This document shows positions 27,498-34,788 of a stretch of 34,788 nucleotides of DNA, one piece after another. Both the position numbers and the translations under genes were made by a program. Source of the stretch: Candidatus Vogelbacteria bacterium RIFOXYD1_FULL_44_32 (GTDB taxonomy: Bacteria; Patescibacteriota; Minisyncoccia; Phycocordibacterales; XYD1-FULL-46-19); the NCBI GenBank assembly GCA_001823065.1, contig MHTJ01000002.1, positions 119,532 to 154,319 on the forward strand, given 5' to 3'. The notes below the pieces were generated by a model that was given only the letters and a program-made list of their open reading frames with translations, made no database searches and was not told the DNA's origin. Position 1 is the first letter of the stretch. Every line of letters starts with the position of its first letter.

Positions 27498-27977
27498 ATG
27501 AACAAAAAAGTGGAACCAATTCCTGAAGATAAGCGTCTTCAAGAATTGGTTGAAGAAGCTCTGGTCGGAGGCCAGAGCCGAGGTCTCACCCCAGAAATCG
27601 ACGGCGCCATGGCCACCATGGACTGCTATGAGCTGTCCAAGATGGCACAGTCTCTTTCGGGAGGAAGAGTGCATGCGCTCTCCTCATCGGAAGTCAATTC
27701 CATTGCTGGTGGAGCGGTCTCATCTTTTGAGTCTAGGTGGCTCGCCACTCAGATTCTGGAGGGAGATCGCGAACAGTTCTTGTTGGAGAACCCGGAATTC
27801 ATTTCCTCTTCAGAAGAAGAGGGTAGCGAATTCGGGTTTTGGAATCAGGCGGCGCGGGTGAAGGGGGAGGAGGTGCGGACTGCGGTGGTGCTGGCCTGGC
27901 ACGGTAAGTATGTGCGGGTCTCCACGCGCCGGTTGCGCGTCGGGGGTGTTCCAATTTTGTTCTACGTCAATGTTTAG
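27498..27977 (+). CDS. GC-rich orphan hypothetical protein
   Basis: ATG at 27498 after SD GAAGGAG. Consensus promoter upstream and terminator downstream. Confidence 0.7.
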   Translation: MNKKVEPIPEDKRLQELVEEALVGGQSRGLTPEIDGAMATMDCYELSKMAQSLSGGRVHALSSSEVNSIAGGAVSSFESRWLATQILEGDREQFLLENPEFISSSEEEGSEFGFWNQAARVKGEEVRTAVVLAWHGKYVRVSTRRLRVGGVPILFYVNV

Positions 27978-27990
27978 TCTTGTTTCTTTG

Positions 27991-28027
27991 GTCGCGTCTG
28001 GTCTTTATGATCGGGCGCGACTTTTTT
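27991..28027 (+). terminator. Intrinsic terminator
   Basis: GTCGCGTCTGGTC...GATCGGGCGCGAC-TTTTTT. Confidence 0.75.
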
Positions 28028-28034
28028 GTTTAAA

Positions 28035-28901
28035 TTACTTCTGACACTTCTCACAAAAGTGAGTTCCGCGTCCTGCGTGTTTTATTTTAGATATTTTAGT
28101 GCCACAGGTTGTGCAGGGTAGATTGGCACGGCCGTAAACATTTAAGTATTTTACAAAACCACCTTTCTCGCCCGTTGAGGTAACATAATTGCGGGCCGAG
28201 GTACCTTTCATTTTGATGGAGAGTTTTAGGACGGTGAGCATGGATTTATATAATTTTTCAATTTCACTTTTTGAAAGACTGAAAATTTTCCGAGTGGGGA
28301 GTACTTTAGCGAGGAAGCTAGCTTCGTCTATATAAATATTACCCATACCAGCGATGAGGTGCTGGTCGAAGAGGGTTTGCTTGATAGTCCGATTTGGATA
28401 CTTGGTGAGAAGCTCGGTAAAAATATTGAGGGTAAACTTTTTATCCAAAGGTTCAGCTCCGTGCGGGTCCAAAATGATATTTTTTTCCGCCTCGGTTACT
28501 AACTTGAGCCAGCCAAATTTGCGCAGGTCGTTGAAATAGAGGGTAGAGCCGTCGGTAAATTTAAACTCGGCCTGGGTATAGTTGTTTGGCAGATTTCTGC
28601 CGCCGTCACGCTGGGGGTGGCCGCCAACTACAGCTTTGCCAGTTTTGGGAACGAATATAAGCTGGCCGGTCATCTTGAGGTGAACTAGGAAAAAGTGTTT
28701 ACCCGAGAGGGAAATGACCACAATCTTGGCTCGGCGGGATACGCCCAAGACTTTTTTCTTGCTAATATTTTGGGCAAAGTCTTGGGCCGAAAGTGGGAGG
28801 ACCATTTTAGGCACGTGAACAACCACCGACTTGAAAGTCTTGCCACTGATCGCTTTATTTAATTGTCGGGAGACAGTTTCTACCTCTGGTAATTCAGGCA
28901 T
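28035..28901 (-). CDS. mutM: Formamidopyrimidine-DNA glycosylase Fpg
   Basis: MPELPEVE, HLKMTG, DLRKFG, GMGNIYIDE, C-terminal Zn finger. Confidence 0.97.
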   Translation of the reverse strand: MPELPEVETVSRQLNKAISGKTFKSVVVHVPKMVLPLSAQDFAQNISKKKVLGVSRRAKIVVISLSGKHFFLVHLKMTGQLIFVPKTGKAVVGGHPQRDGGRNLPNNYTQAEFKFTDGSTLYFNDLRKFGWLKLVTEAEKNIILDPHGAEPLDKKFTLNIFTELLTKYPNRTIKQTLFDQHLIAGMGNIYIDEASFLAKVLPTRKIFSLSKSEIEKLYKSMLTVLKLSIKMKGTSARNYVTSTGEKGGFVKYLNVYGRANLPCTTCGTKISKIKHAGRGTHFCEKCQK

Positions 28902-28933
28902 GTTCGTTCTAATTATTAGCTGTTACTCATTCG

Positions 28934-29025
28934 CCAATACTGTTTGAAATACACGAATATTTTTCTGCTGAAAAATTTCTCTGCTCGCGCCGTCGCGCTG
29001 TGCAAGGTATTTCAAACAGTGTTGG
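28934..29025 (-). repeat. Long-hairpin intergenic element, copy 2 (30-nt core at 28979-29008)
   Basis: 19-bp inverted repeat CCAATACTGTTTGAAATAC/GTATTTCAAACAGTGTTGG around the exact reverse complement of the copy-1 core. Confidence 0.85.
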
Positions 29026-29026
29026 T

Positions 29027-30319
29027 TCATTCGTCCACTTTGACTTTTTGTTGAAGGAAAGAAGTTAATTCACTACGGGCCACCTCCGCATCGCTCCACG
29101 GTTCTTTAGCGCCATTGGCCCGCATAATATATGGGTCAGTGCCTTTGCCGGTGATGATAATGACACTGCCAGTTTCGGCTTTCTCGATAGCTTTTCTAAT
29201 CGCCAGCCGGCGCTCCATAATTATTTCTTTCGGGGTGTGGGTGACACCAGATGCAACTTGGGTGGCAATTTGTTCGGGGTTTTCGTCGTAAGGGTCTTCG
29301 TCGGTGATAATAACTAGGCTGGCGTATTTGTCGGCGAGACCGCCCATAATTTGTCGGCGGTCGCTGTCGCGGCCACCACCGGTGCCACCCAAGACGGCAA
29401 TGATTTTATGGTCTTTGTAAATCTCGTAAACTTTTTGGAGCGAGTCGGCCGTGTGGGCGTAGTCGACAATGACTTTAAAATCTTGGAGACGGGCCAGTGT
29501 CGGGTCGGTGGGGGTGACTTGCTCCAGCCGGCCGGGGATACCAGAAAATTTTTCTATGGCTTGTTTTATTTTATCAGGACCAATGTTTTGACTTTTGGCG
29601 TAGGTAATCGCGAGCAGAATATTGTAAAGATTAAATTCACCCACGAGCTTGGTCTGGATCTTTTGGCCAGCGTAGGTGAAAAAGAGGCCGTCGACAAGGA
29701 GGGCATGGGGCTCGGCCTCGGCGAGGTGGCTCTCTAGCTTGGTCGCAATATTTATTTTCCGAAAATCATCAAGTGCTGGGTCGTCGCCATTGGTGACCAA
29801 AACTTTATTGGGTTTCCATGATGTGGCTAAAGCATGCGCGATTTTTAGTTTAGCTTCTTTATATTTGGCGAAAGAGCCGTGCGACTCAATATGCTCGGGT
29901 GAGAGGTTGGTGACCAAGAGAGCGTCGAGGGCAATAAATTTGTGGCGGAATTGTTTGGTGGCTTCGGAGCTGATTTCCAAAACGATATAGTCGCAATGGG
30001 CATCAACGGCTTCCCGAATTAGTTTTTGCAGGGTAAACCGTCCCGGGGTGGTCATTTTTAGGCGGTTTGGCCGGCTTTCGTTGCCGATTTTGAAACGCAC
30101 GGTCGAAACGAGGGCCGTTTTAAAACCAGCTTCTTCTAAAATCGCGCTCACGAGCTCGGTGGTGCTCGACTTGCCCTTGGTGCCAGTGACCGCTACTACT
30201 TTGATATGGCGGGCGGGGAAGCGGTAAATGAGGGCGCCAAGGAGGGCTAGTTTCCAGTGATAAATACTAAAAACCCAAGTGGGAACTATTTTTTTGATGA
30301 TATTTTTGATTTTTCCCAT
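29027..30319 (-). CDS. murE: UDP-N-acetylmuramyl-tripeptide synthetase MurE
   Basis: VTGTKGKSST, MTTPG, EISSE, TNLSPEH, VDYAHT, GGGRD, ITGKG. Confidence 0.92.
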   Translation of the reverse strand: MGKIKNIIKKIVPTWVFSIYHWKLALLGALIYRFPARHIKVVAVTGTKGKSSTTELVSAILEEAGFKTALVSTVRFKIGNESRPNRLKMTTPGRFTLQKLIREAVDAHCDYIVLEISSEATKQFRHKFIALDALLVTNLSPEHIESHGSFAKYKEAKLKIAHALATSWKPNKVLVTNGDDPALDDFRKINIATKLESHLAEAEPHALLVDGLFFTYAGQKIQTKLVGEFNLYNILLAITYAKSQNIGPDKIKQAIEKFSGIPGRLEQVTPTDPTLARLQDFKVIVDYAHTADSLQKVYEIYKDHKIIAVLGGTGGGRDSDRRQIMGGLADKYASLVIITDEDPYDENPEQIATQVASGVTHTPKEIIMERRLAIRKAIEKAETGSVIIITGKGTDPYIMRANGAKEPWSDAEVARSELTSFLQQKVKVDE

Positions 30320-31347
30320 TAGCGTCGAATTAGCTTTCTAAATATGTAGAGATAATACCACAAGCGTTTGATTGGCAGGTCATAGCTTGGGCCAAAGTCG
30401 ACCTCGGTGCCAGGGAAATTCTTTTTGAAATTAGTTAAATCGGCCCAGGATTCTTTTTTGTCATTTGGTGTGGATATTCCACCAAAACTATATTTGGTGG
30501 CGAGACGTTTTTTGGCTTCGTTTATTCCGGCCCAGTGGGCAAGATATGAAGGCAGTTTGTCCTTATGTTGAGCAGACGAACCACCAAAGATATGCAGAGC
30601 GGTGTTGCCAAAGATAATTAACAGGTTGATAACTAGCGGTTCGTTGTCAAATGAGGTGACAACCAAAAATCCAGCATGACTTTTTTCGGTTTCAATTAAT
30701 ACTTTTTCATAATAGGATTTGGGGTGAAGCTGAAAATGGTTGCGTTTGGCTGTCTCATTTAATAGTTTATAAAAGTTGTCTAGATGGTCTAAAAAATTTT
30801 CGGTAATAATTTGGGTTTCCGCACCTCTTTTTTCGGCGGTGCGAATAGAGTAGCGGGTGTCTTTGGGTAGTGAGTCAAAAATATTGTTAATATCTTGGCT
30901 AATGTCCATCACCCACTCAAAACGTGGTTGGGTGAGAACAGAATGTTTAATAGCGGGGGGAGTAAAAGAAAAATGTTTGGTAAACAAGTTTTGGTATTTC
31001 AAATCTTGATTAAATCTGACAAAAACGGCTTGGCGAACTTGGGCAATCCTTATTAATTGTTTTTTAAATTCGCGAATCAAATCTTCGCTCGGGGTGCTGG
31101 TAAGAAGGATTGGTCCGTGGGGGATATGGAGCTGGTTTTTGTTTCCAATCAGTGGGGCGGTGATAATTTGAAAAAAAAGAGCCGGGGCACCGTTTTCTTT
31201 GATAACAAATCGTTCCACGGTTAGACCGCGGTTTTCTTGCCAATCTCGGTAGAGACTAGATTGGGCAAAATGGGCATTGTGGCTAGAGAGTTCGGTATCA
31301 TATAATGGCCCCTCAATAGCGTTGATGGTGAATTGGTTGGTGGACAT
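30319..31347 (-). CDS. FemAB/FemX-family lipid II aminoacyl transferase
   Basis: HFAQS..Y, IPHGP, TRYSIRTAEKRG, LAHWAGI..AK, LTNFKKNF. Translationally coupled to murE. Confidence 0.88.
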   Translation of the reverse strand: MSTNQFTINAIEGPLYDTELSSHNAHFAQSSLYRDWQENRGLTVERFVIKENGAPALFFQIITAPLIGNKNQLHIPHGPILLTSTPSEDLIREFKKQLIRIAQVRQAVFVRFNQDLKYQNLFTKHFSFTPPAIKHSVLTQPRFEWVMDISQDINNIFDSLPKDTRYSIRTAEKRGAETQIITENFLDHLDNFYKLLNETAKRNHFQLHPKSYYEKVLIETEKSHAGFLVVTSFDNEPLVINLLIIFGNTALHIFGGSSAQHKDKLPSYLAHWAGINEAKKRLATKYSFGGISTPNDKKESWADLTNFKKNFPGTEVDFGPSYDLPIKRLWYYLYIFRKLIRR

Positions 31348-31922
31348 TAATGTTGGTTGCCGAGTAGGCGTAGGGCCTCTTTTATCCGTTTGTCGGTGGT
31401 GTCGGCCTCGGCCGATATTTTGTGAATAATGTCGCGAATATCGCGCGGTTGGTAACCAAGGGCTGACAGCGCGTCCAATAGATCATTGTCGCCCGAGGCG
31501 TGCATTAGTTCGCTGGTTTCGAGTGCGCCCAGTTTGTCCCGCAATTCAATAATTATTTTTTCCGCACTTTTGCGGCCAATGCCAGAAACCTTGGTCAGAT
31601 AATCGGTATTGCCCGACAGCACGGCCTGGCGCAGGGTAGAAGGGGGAGCGAGCGATAAAATAGCCAGCGCCGACTTGGGGCCAATACCCGAAATACCGAT
31701 GAGGAGTTTGAAATATGACAATTCCTCGCGGTCGGTAAAACCAAATAGGTCGAGGGCGTCTTCGCGGACGGACAGGTGGGTCCAAAGGGTGATTTTAGTC
31801 TCGAGGGTGATTTGGGCTAGGGTATGGGCTGGCAGATACACAATATAGCCTATTCCACCGACTGAAATAATCGCTGATTTATCGTCTTTGTATGTTAGCG
31901 AGCCTTGTAAGTAGCCAATCAT
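31347..31922 (-). CDS. ruvA: Holliday junction DNA-binding protein RuvA
   Basis: MIGYLQG, GIGY, VREDALDLFGF, GIGPKSA, GIGRKSAEKIIIEL, ALSALGY. Confidence 0.97.
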   Translation of the reverse strand: MIGYLQGSLTYKDDKSAIISVGGIGYIVYLPAHTLAQITLETKITLWTHLSVREDALDLFGFTDREELSYFKLLIGISGIGPKSALAILSLAPPSTLRQAVLSGNTDYLTKVSGIGRKSAEKIIIELRDKLGALETSELMHASGDNDLLDALSALGYQPRDIRDIIHKISAEADTTDKRIKEALRLLGNQH

Positions 31923-31928
31923 GACTTT

Positions 31929-31980
31929 ATGATACACGGCGCGGTCAACCCTTGCAATTTATAGCTAAATGCGGTATCGT
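31929..31980. promoter_or_regulatory. Divergent ruvA/rpsT promoters sharing one palindromic -35 (TTGCAA 31952-57)
   Basis: Plus strand TTGCAA-17-TATCGT, then 7 nt to the rpsT ATG. Minus strand TTGCAA-17-TATCAT, then 6 nt to the ruvA ATG. Confidence 0.7.
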
Positions 31981-31987
31981 TTCTCCT

Positions 31988-32260
31988 ATGCCAATAACTA
32001 AATCAGCTAAAAAGGAGCTACGCAAAGGCGTTAATAAACGAGCTTTTAATGAAGAGCGCAAGAAAAATATGCGTGATACAGTAAAAGTAGTTAGAAAATC
32101 TTTGACGGTTAAAAACCCAGCCGAAGCAGAAAAAGGTCTAGCGGCCGCCTACCAAGCTATCGACAAGGCAGCCAAGCGGGGGGTAATAAAGAAAAATGCT
32201 GCCAACCGGAAGAAATCGAGACTAGCGGCCGCGATTAAGAAAGCGAAGGAAATTAAATAA
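31988..32260 (+). CDS. rpsT: 30S ribosomal protein S20
   Basis: MPITKSAKKELRK, IDKAAKRGVIKKNAANRKKSRL. Confidence 0.97.
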   Translation: MPITKSAKKELRKGVNKRAFNEERKKNMRDTVKVVRKSLTVKNPAEAEKGLAAAYQAIDKAAKRGVIKKNAANRKKSRLAAAIKKAKEIK

Positions 32261-32266
32261 ATAGAA

Positions 32267-32298
32267 ACCAAAAAATCCGCGTGAGCGGATTTTTTGGT
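32267..32298. terminator. Bidirectional terminator
   Basis: ACCAAAAAATCCGC-GTGA-GCGGATTTTTTGGT between convergent genes. Confidence 0.85.
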
Positions 32299-32313
32299 GA
32301 AAGGACTTTTAAA

Positions 32314-32844
32314 TTATAGCCCCTGATTTTTTGATTGTCTGGTGCGTTGAATTAATTCATCTCGAAGTTGTTCGCCGACTGCCATAGAAACTGCAGGAAG
32401 TCTTCCCTCCGCACCACCGCCCATTATTCCATAACGTGACATTATTGCGCTCGCTCCAGCAGTTTGGATATTGAGGTCAGAAAGACCAAGAATGCGAGCC
32501 AAGATGCCACGGTCGATGTCAACGTTTTGAATTCGGTCGTAAGGAACAGTGACATATTTTTTATAAATGACACCCGATTCTTTACGAAATCCGTTATCAA
32601 GGAGGTCATAGCGATAAAAGTGATAAGTGAGTTTAGCCCAAACAAAACACAAGATTAGAAAGGCAGGAATAATAGCCCACAACCAATTCAGAAAGCCAAA
32701 CGAAAACTCACTGCTATTATTTAAGTTGTCAAAACCACCTAAAAATGCTGAGCCCCAAATACTCAAAAATATTATCGGTATGAACCAACGCAGAACAGAA
32801 CTAAAAAAGAAAAACCAGACTGCTTTTGGATCAAGTTGTTTCAT
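32314..32844 (-). CDS. YdbS-like membrane protein with bacterial PH domain
   Basis: Two TM helices, then GVIYKKYVTVPYDRIQNVDIDRGILARILGLSDLNIQTAG. Promoter TTGCCA-17-TATACT at 32959-32931. Confidence 0.88.
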   Translation of the reverse strand: MKQLDPKAVWFFFFSSVLRWFIPIIFLSIWGSAFLGGFDNLNNSSEFSFGFLNWLWAIIPAFLILCFVWAKLTYHFYRYDLLDNGFRKESGVIYKKYVTVPYDRIQNVDIDRGILARILGLSDLNIQTAGASAIMSRYGIMGGGAEGRLPAVSMAVGEQLRDELIQRTRQSKNQGL

Positions 32845-32988
32845 AATTTTATTTTAATTATTAAATAATAATTTAGTAGAAATCTTTTCCTACAGGGTGC
32901 TTTAGGGCAGGAATCTTTCATTACATGAACAGTATACCTTTGCGATTTTCTCTTGGCAAAGCCACTCAAAAATAGCTGACAGATTGGT

Positions 32989-33822
32989 TTATTTATTGAT
33001 AACTAAAAGATTCCTTTTATAATCAGTTATTTCTTCGTTTAAACCAGTCGGGTAATCTCTCCAGGCATTTGTGATGGTATTGTAACTGTATCTGAAACTA
33101 TTGCCATATATTGTCCCCGGTTCATTGGTGATAAATTCTTTATTTGTTTCATCGTAGCCCTTAATTATAATCATATGGTGTATTGGTCCGGGGGGTTTGA
33201 AGCGTGGGTTGTTTAATTTTCGGCCATCAAGCGGTATAAATACTATCTGGTTGCTATCAATAGCGTTTTTTATATCACCAATCGTTGCTTCTCTAATTAT
33301 TTTGACATTATTATATTTAAAATACCCCTTAAATATTTTTGCGGTGTCGGACACAGAAGTATCATAAAAAAAGTCGTAATTTTTTTTCTGCCAATCAACC
33401 AAGGCTAATATTTTATCTCGCGCGATAGTGGGAGAGGAAATTGGGGTGCTGGTTATCCAACCCCAAGCCATAAGCATCAGCGCTTCTTCACAGCCGTACT
33501 TTTGTTTCAAATCAGCCCATTCACCAAGGGGGGCTTGGGTGATAAAGGGTAGGCCAGATATTTGCTTTACTTCGGCCACATTATTTTGTGGGGCTGGTTG
33601 CTTAACAGCGATGATATTTTTAGTTTGAACAGATTGTTCTCTTGCAACTTTTTCATCGATAATGGTTTTTCCGGAAATTTCAGTACTAAATTCCTCAGCT
33701 ATTTTTGTTGCTGGTTTTTCAATTTGGATATTTGAATAATATACGGAAAAACCAAATACTAAAATAAAAACAGTTAGACTGCTAACAAAAAAAGTAATAA
33801 CAAATTTTTCAATGGAGGGCAT
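32989..33822 (-). CDS. Membrane-anchored C39-like cysteine peptidase
   Basis: TM anchor, PFITQAP..W...GCEEA (Gln/Cys), HMIIIKGYD (His), NEPG. Confidence 0.85.
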   Translation of the reverse strand: MPSIEKFVITFFVSSLTVFILVFGFSVYYSNIQIEKPATKIAEEFSTEISGKTIIDEKVAREQSVQTKNIIAVKQPAPQNNVAEVKQISGLPFITQAPLGEWADLKQKYGCEEALMLMAWGWITSTPISSPTIARDKILALVDWQKKNYDFFYDTSVSDTAKIFKGYFKYNNVKIIREATIGDIKNAIDSNQIVFIPLDGRKLNNPRFKPPGPIHHMIIIKGYDETNKEFITNEPGTIYGNSFRYSYNTITNAWRDYPTGLNEEITDYKRNLLVINK

Positions 33823-33932
33823 TTATTTGTAAAAGGGGGGAATTTGACTGACCCCACTCTGTTAAAGTTACAGAAAGGTACAGTGGGGCTCTCGCCTGCC
33901 AGTAGGCAGGTTTTGCGGTTTTTGGGTATTTT

Positions 33933-34373
33933 TTATACTATCTGCGCCCGAGCGGCTTTTATCTTGTTTAAATAGTTGTCTACCTGGTTTCGAATAGCTT
34001 GCAAATCGTCTGATATCTTTATTTTCTTTTCTTCGCTGATATCAACTTTTGTTTCCAGGGTTTCCATCGCGATGTTGATGTCTCCAGAGAAATTGAGAAG
34101 ATGTGTTTCAGCGTTATTTAGCCCACGCATAAATTCAGCTATTGGTTCGACAGCGCTCAAAAATTCTCGTCCTTTTTCTTCAGCATCTCCTTCATTTTCA
34201 AAAGGACCTTCCACATATCCTGCTCTTTCGAGAACTCCTTTGACATATTCTTCTGGTAATTCGCCTTGTTCTTGAAGTCTTTCAACCCTATTTTTAATTG
34301 TCTGGAAGTAGACATCCTTGAACGGCGATTGTTCTAAAGCGGATGTCTCTTCTGGTATTGATTCAAATGACAT
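33933..34373 (-). CDS. Acidic helical hypothetical protein
   Basis: 146-aa ORF with AT-rich upstream region and MSFE start. No recognisable motif. Confidence 0.7.
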   Translation of the reverse strand: MSFESIPEETSALEQSPFKDVYFQTIKNRVERLQEQGELPEEYVKGVLERAGYVEGPFENEGDAEEKGREFLSAVEPIAEFMRGLNNAETHLLNFSGDINIAMETLETKVDISEEKKIKISDDLQAIRNQVDNYLNKIKAARAQIV

Positions 34374-34505
34374 GTTTTAATTATAAATTATTAATCAAAA
34401 TTTTGGAAATTTATTAGGATTTAGTGTATTTATCCTCATTAAGCTTTCCACTGTTTGATTTCCTACCTGCCGGTAGGTCGGGTGAAGTGAGACAAACAGT
34501 TCTTA

Positions 34506-34788
34506 CCGGCAGGGATCTTTTCCTACGGGAACAGTACAGGCTTCACATCTCATTTCGCTGAATACAGCTTATTACGATAAGTTCAGCCTTTTCGATTCCT
34601 GACGCGAGCAAAGCAGTTTGCTCGCTCCGGGGGCACACTCCGCTCTGCTTCGTGTGCCCCCGGCAGGACGCTTAGCTATCTCACCCTTTGGAAACCCTCG
34701 GTTTTCCAACGAGCTTCGCTCTGCCTTCCTCCACGAGAAAACTACAGTTTTCCCGACCCCTTTCGAGTTCGATTCCTGCCGGGTAGAC
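34506..34788 (-). repeat. Second tRNA-3'-end mirror repeat array, truncated by the window end
   Basis: Minus strand reads GTCTACCCGGCAGGAATCGAAC ... CCTGCCGGGGGCAC ... GTGCCCCCGG[hairpin]CAGGAATCGAA ... GATCCCTGCCGG. Confidence 0.8.

Noticed and set aside
34767-34788. Plus-strand tRNA at the window end (GTTCGATTCC)
   Set aside because: No pairing 5' T-stem, anticodon arm or D-arm precedes it, so it is better read as the antisense arm of the minus-strand element.

Overview
This is the replication-origin region of a small-genome bacterium, most likely Patescibacteria/CPR (Parcubacteria-like). That assignment is inferred from gene content and protein style. The layout is a PrgI-VirB4-pilin (T4SS-like) operon, then yidC-rnpA-rpmH / dnaA-oriC-dnaN with a probable divergent dciA, then housekeeping genes (PBP1A, tyrS, ruvC-yebC-ruvB, pilB/gspE, tsaE-polA, udg, xth, holA, tRNA-Lys, trmH-like, mutM, murE, femAB-like, ruvA, rpsT). 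The most unusual signals are non-coding. (1) Two loci carry tRNA-3'-end mirror elements with the same architecture but arms matched to different tRNAs, with compensatory changes. (2) A 30-nt core is repeated exactly inside two otherwise unrelated long hairpins. (3) Two candidate stand-alone structured ncRNAs (about 165-200 nt) have their own promoter and terminator signals. (4) Many housekeeping genes look leaderless, including a divergent pair sharing one palindromic -35 box, while three GC-rich orphan genes share a promoter-hairpin-Shine-Dalgarno-terminator layout. All RNA structures were paired by eye and no database searches were run.
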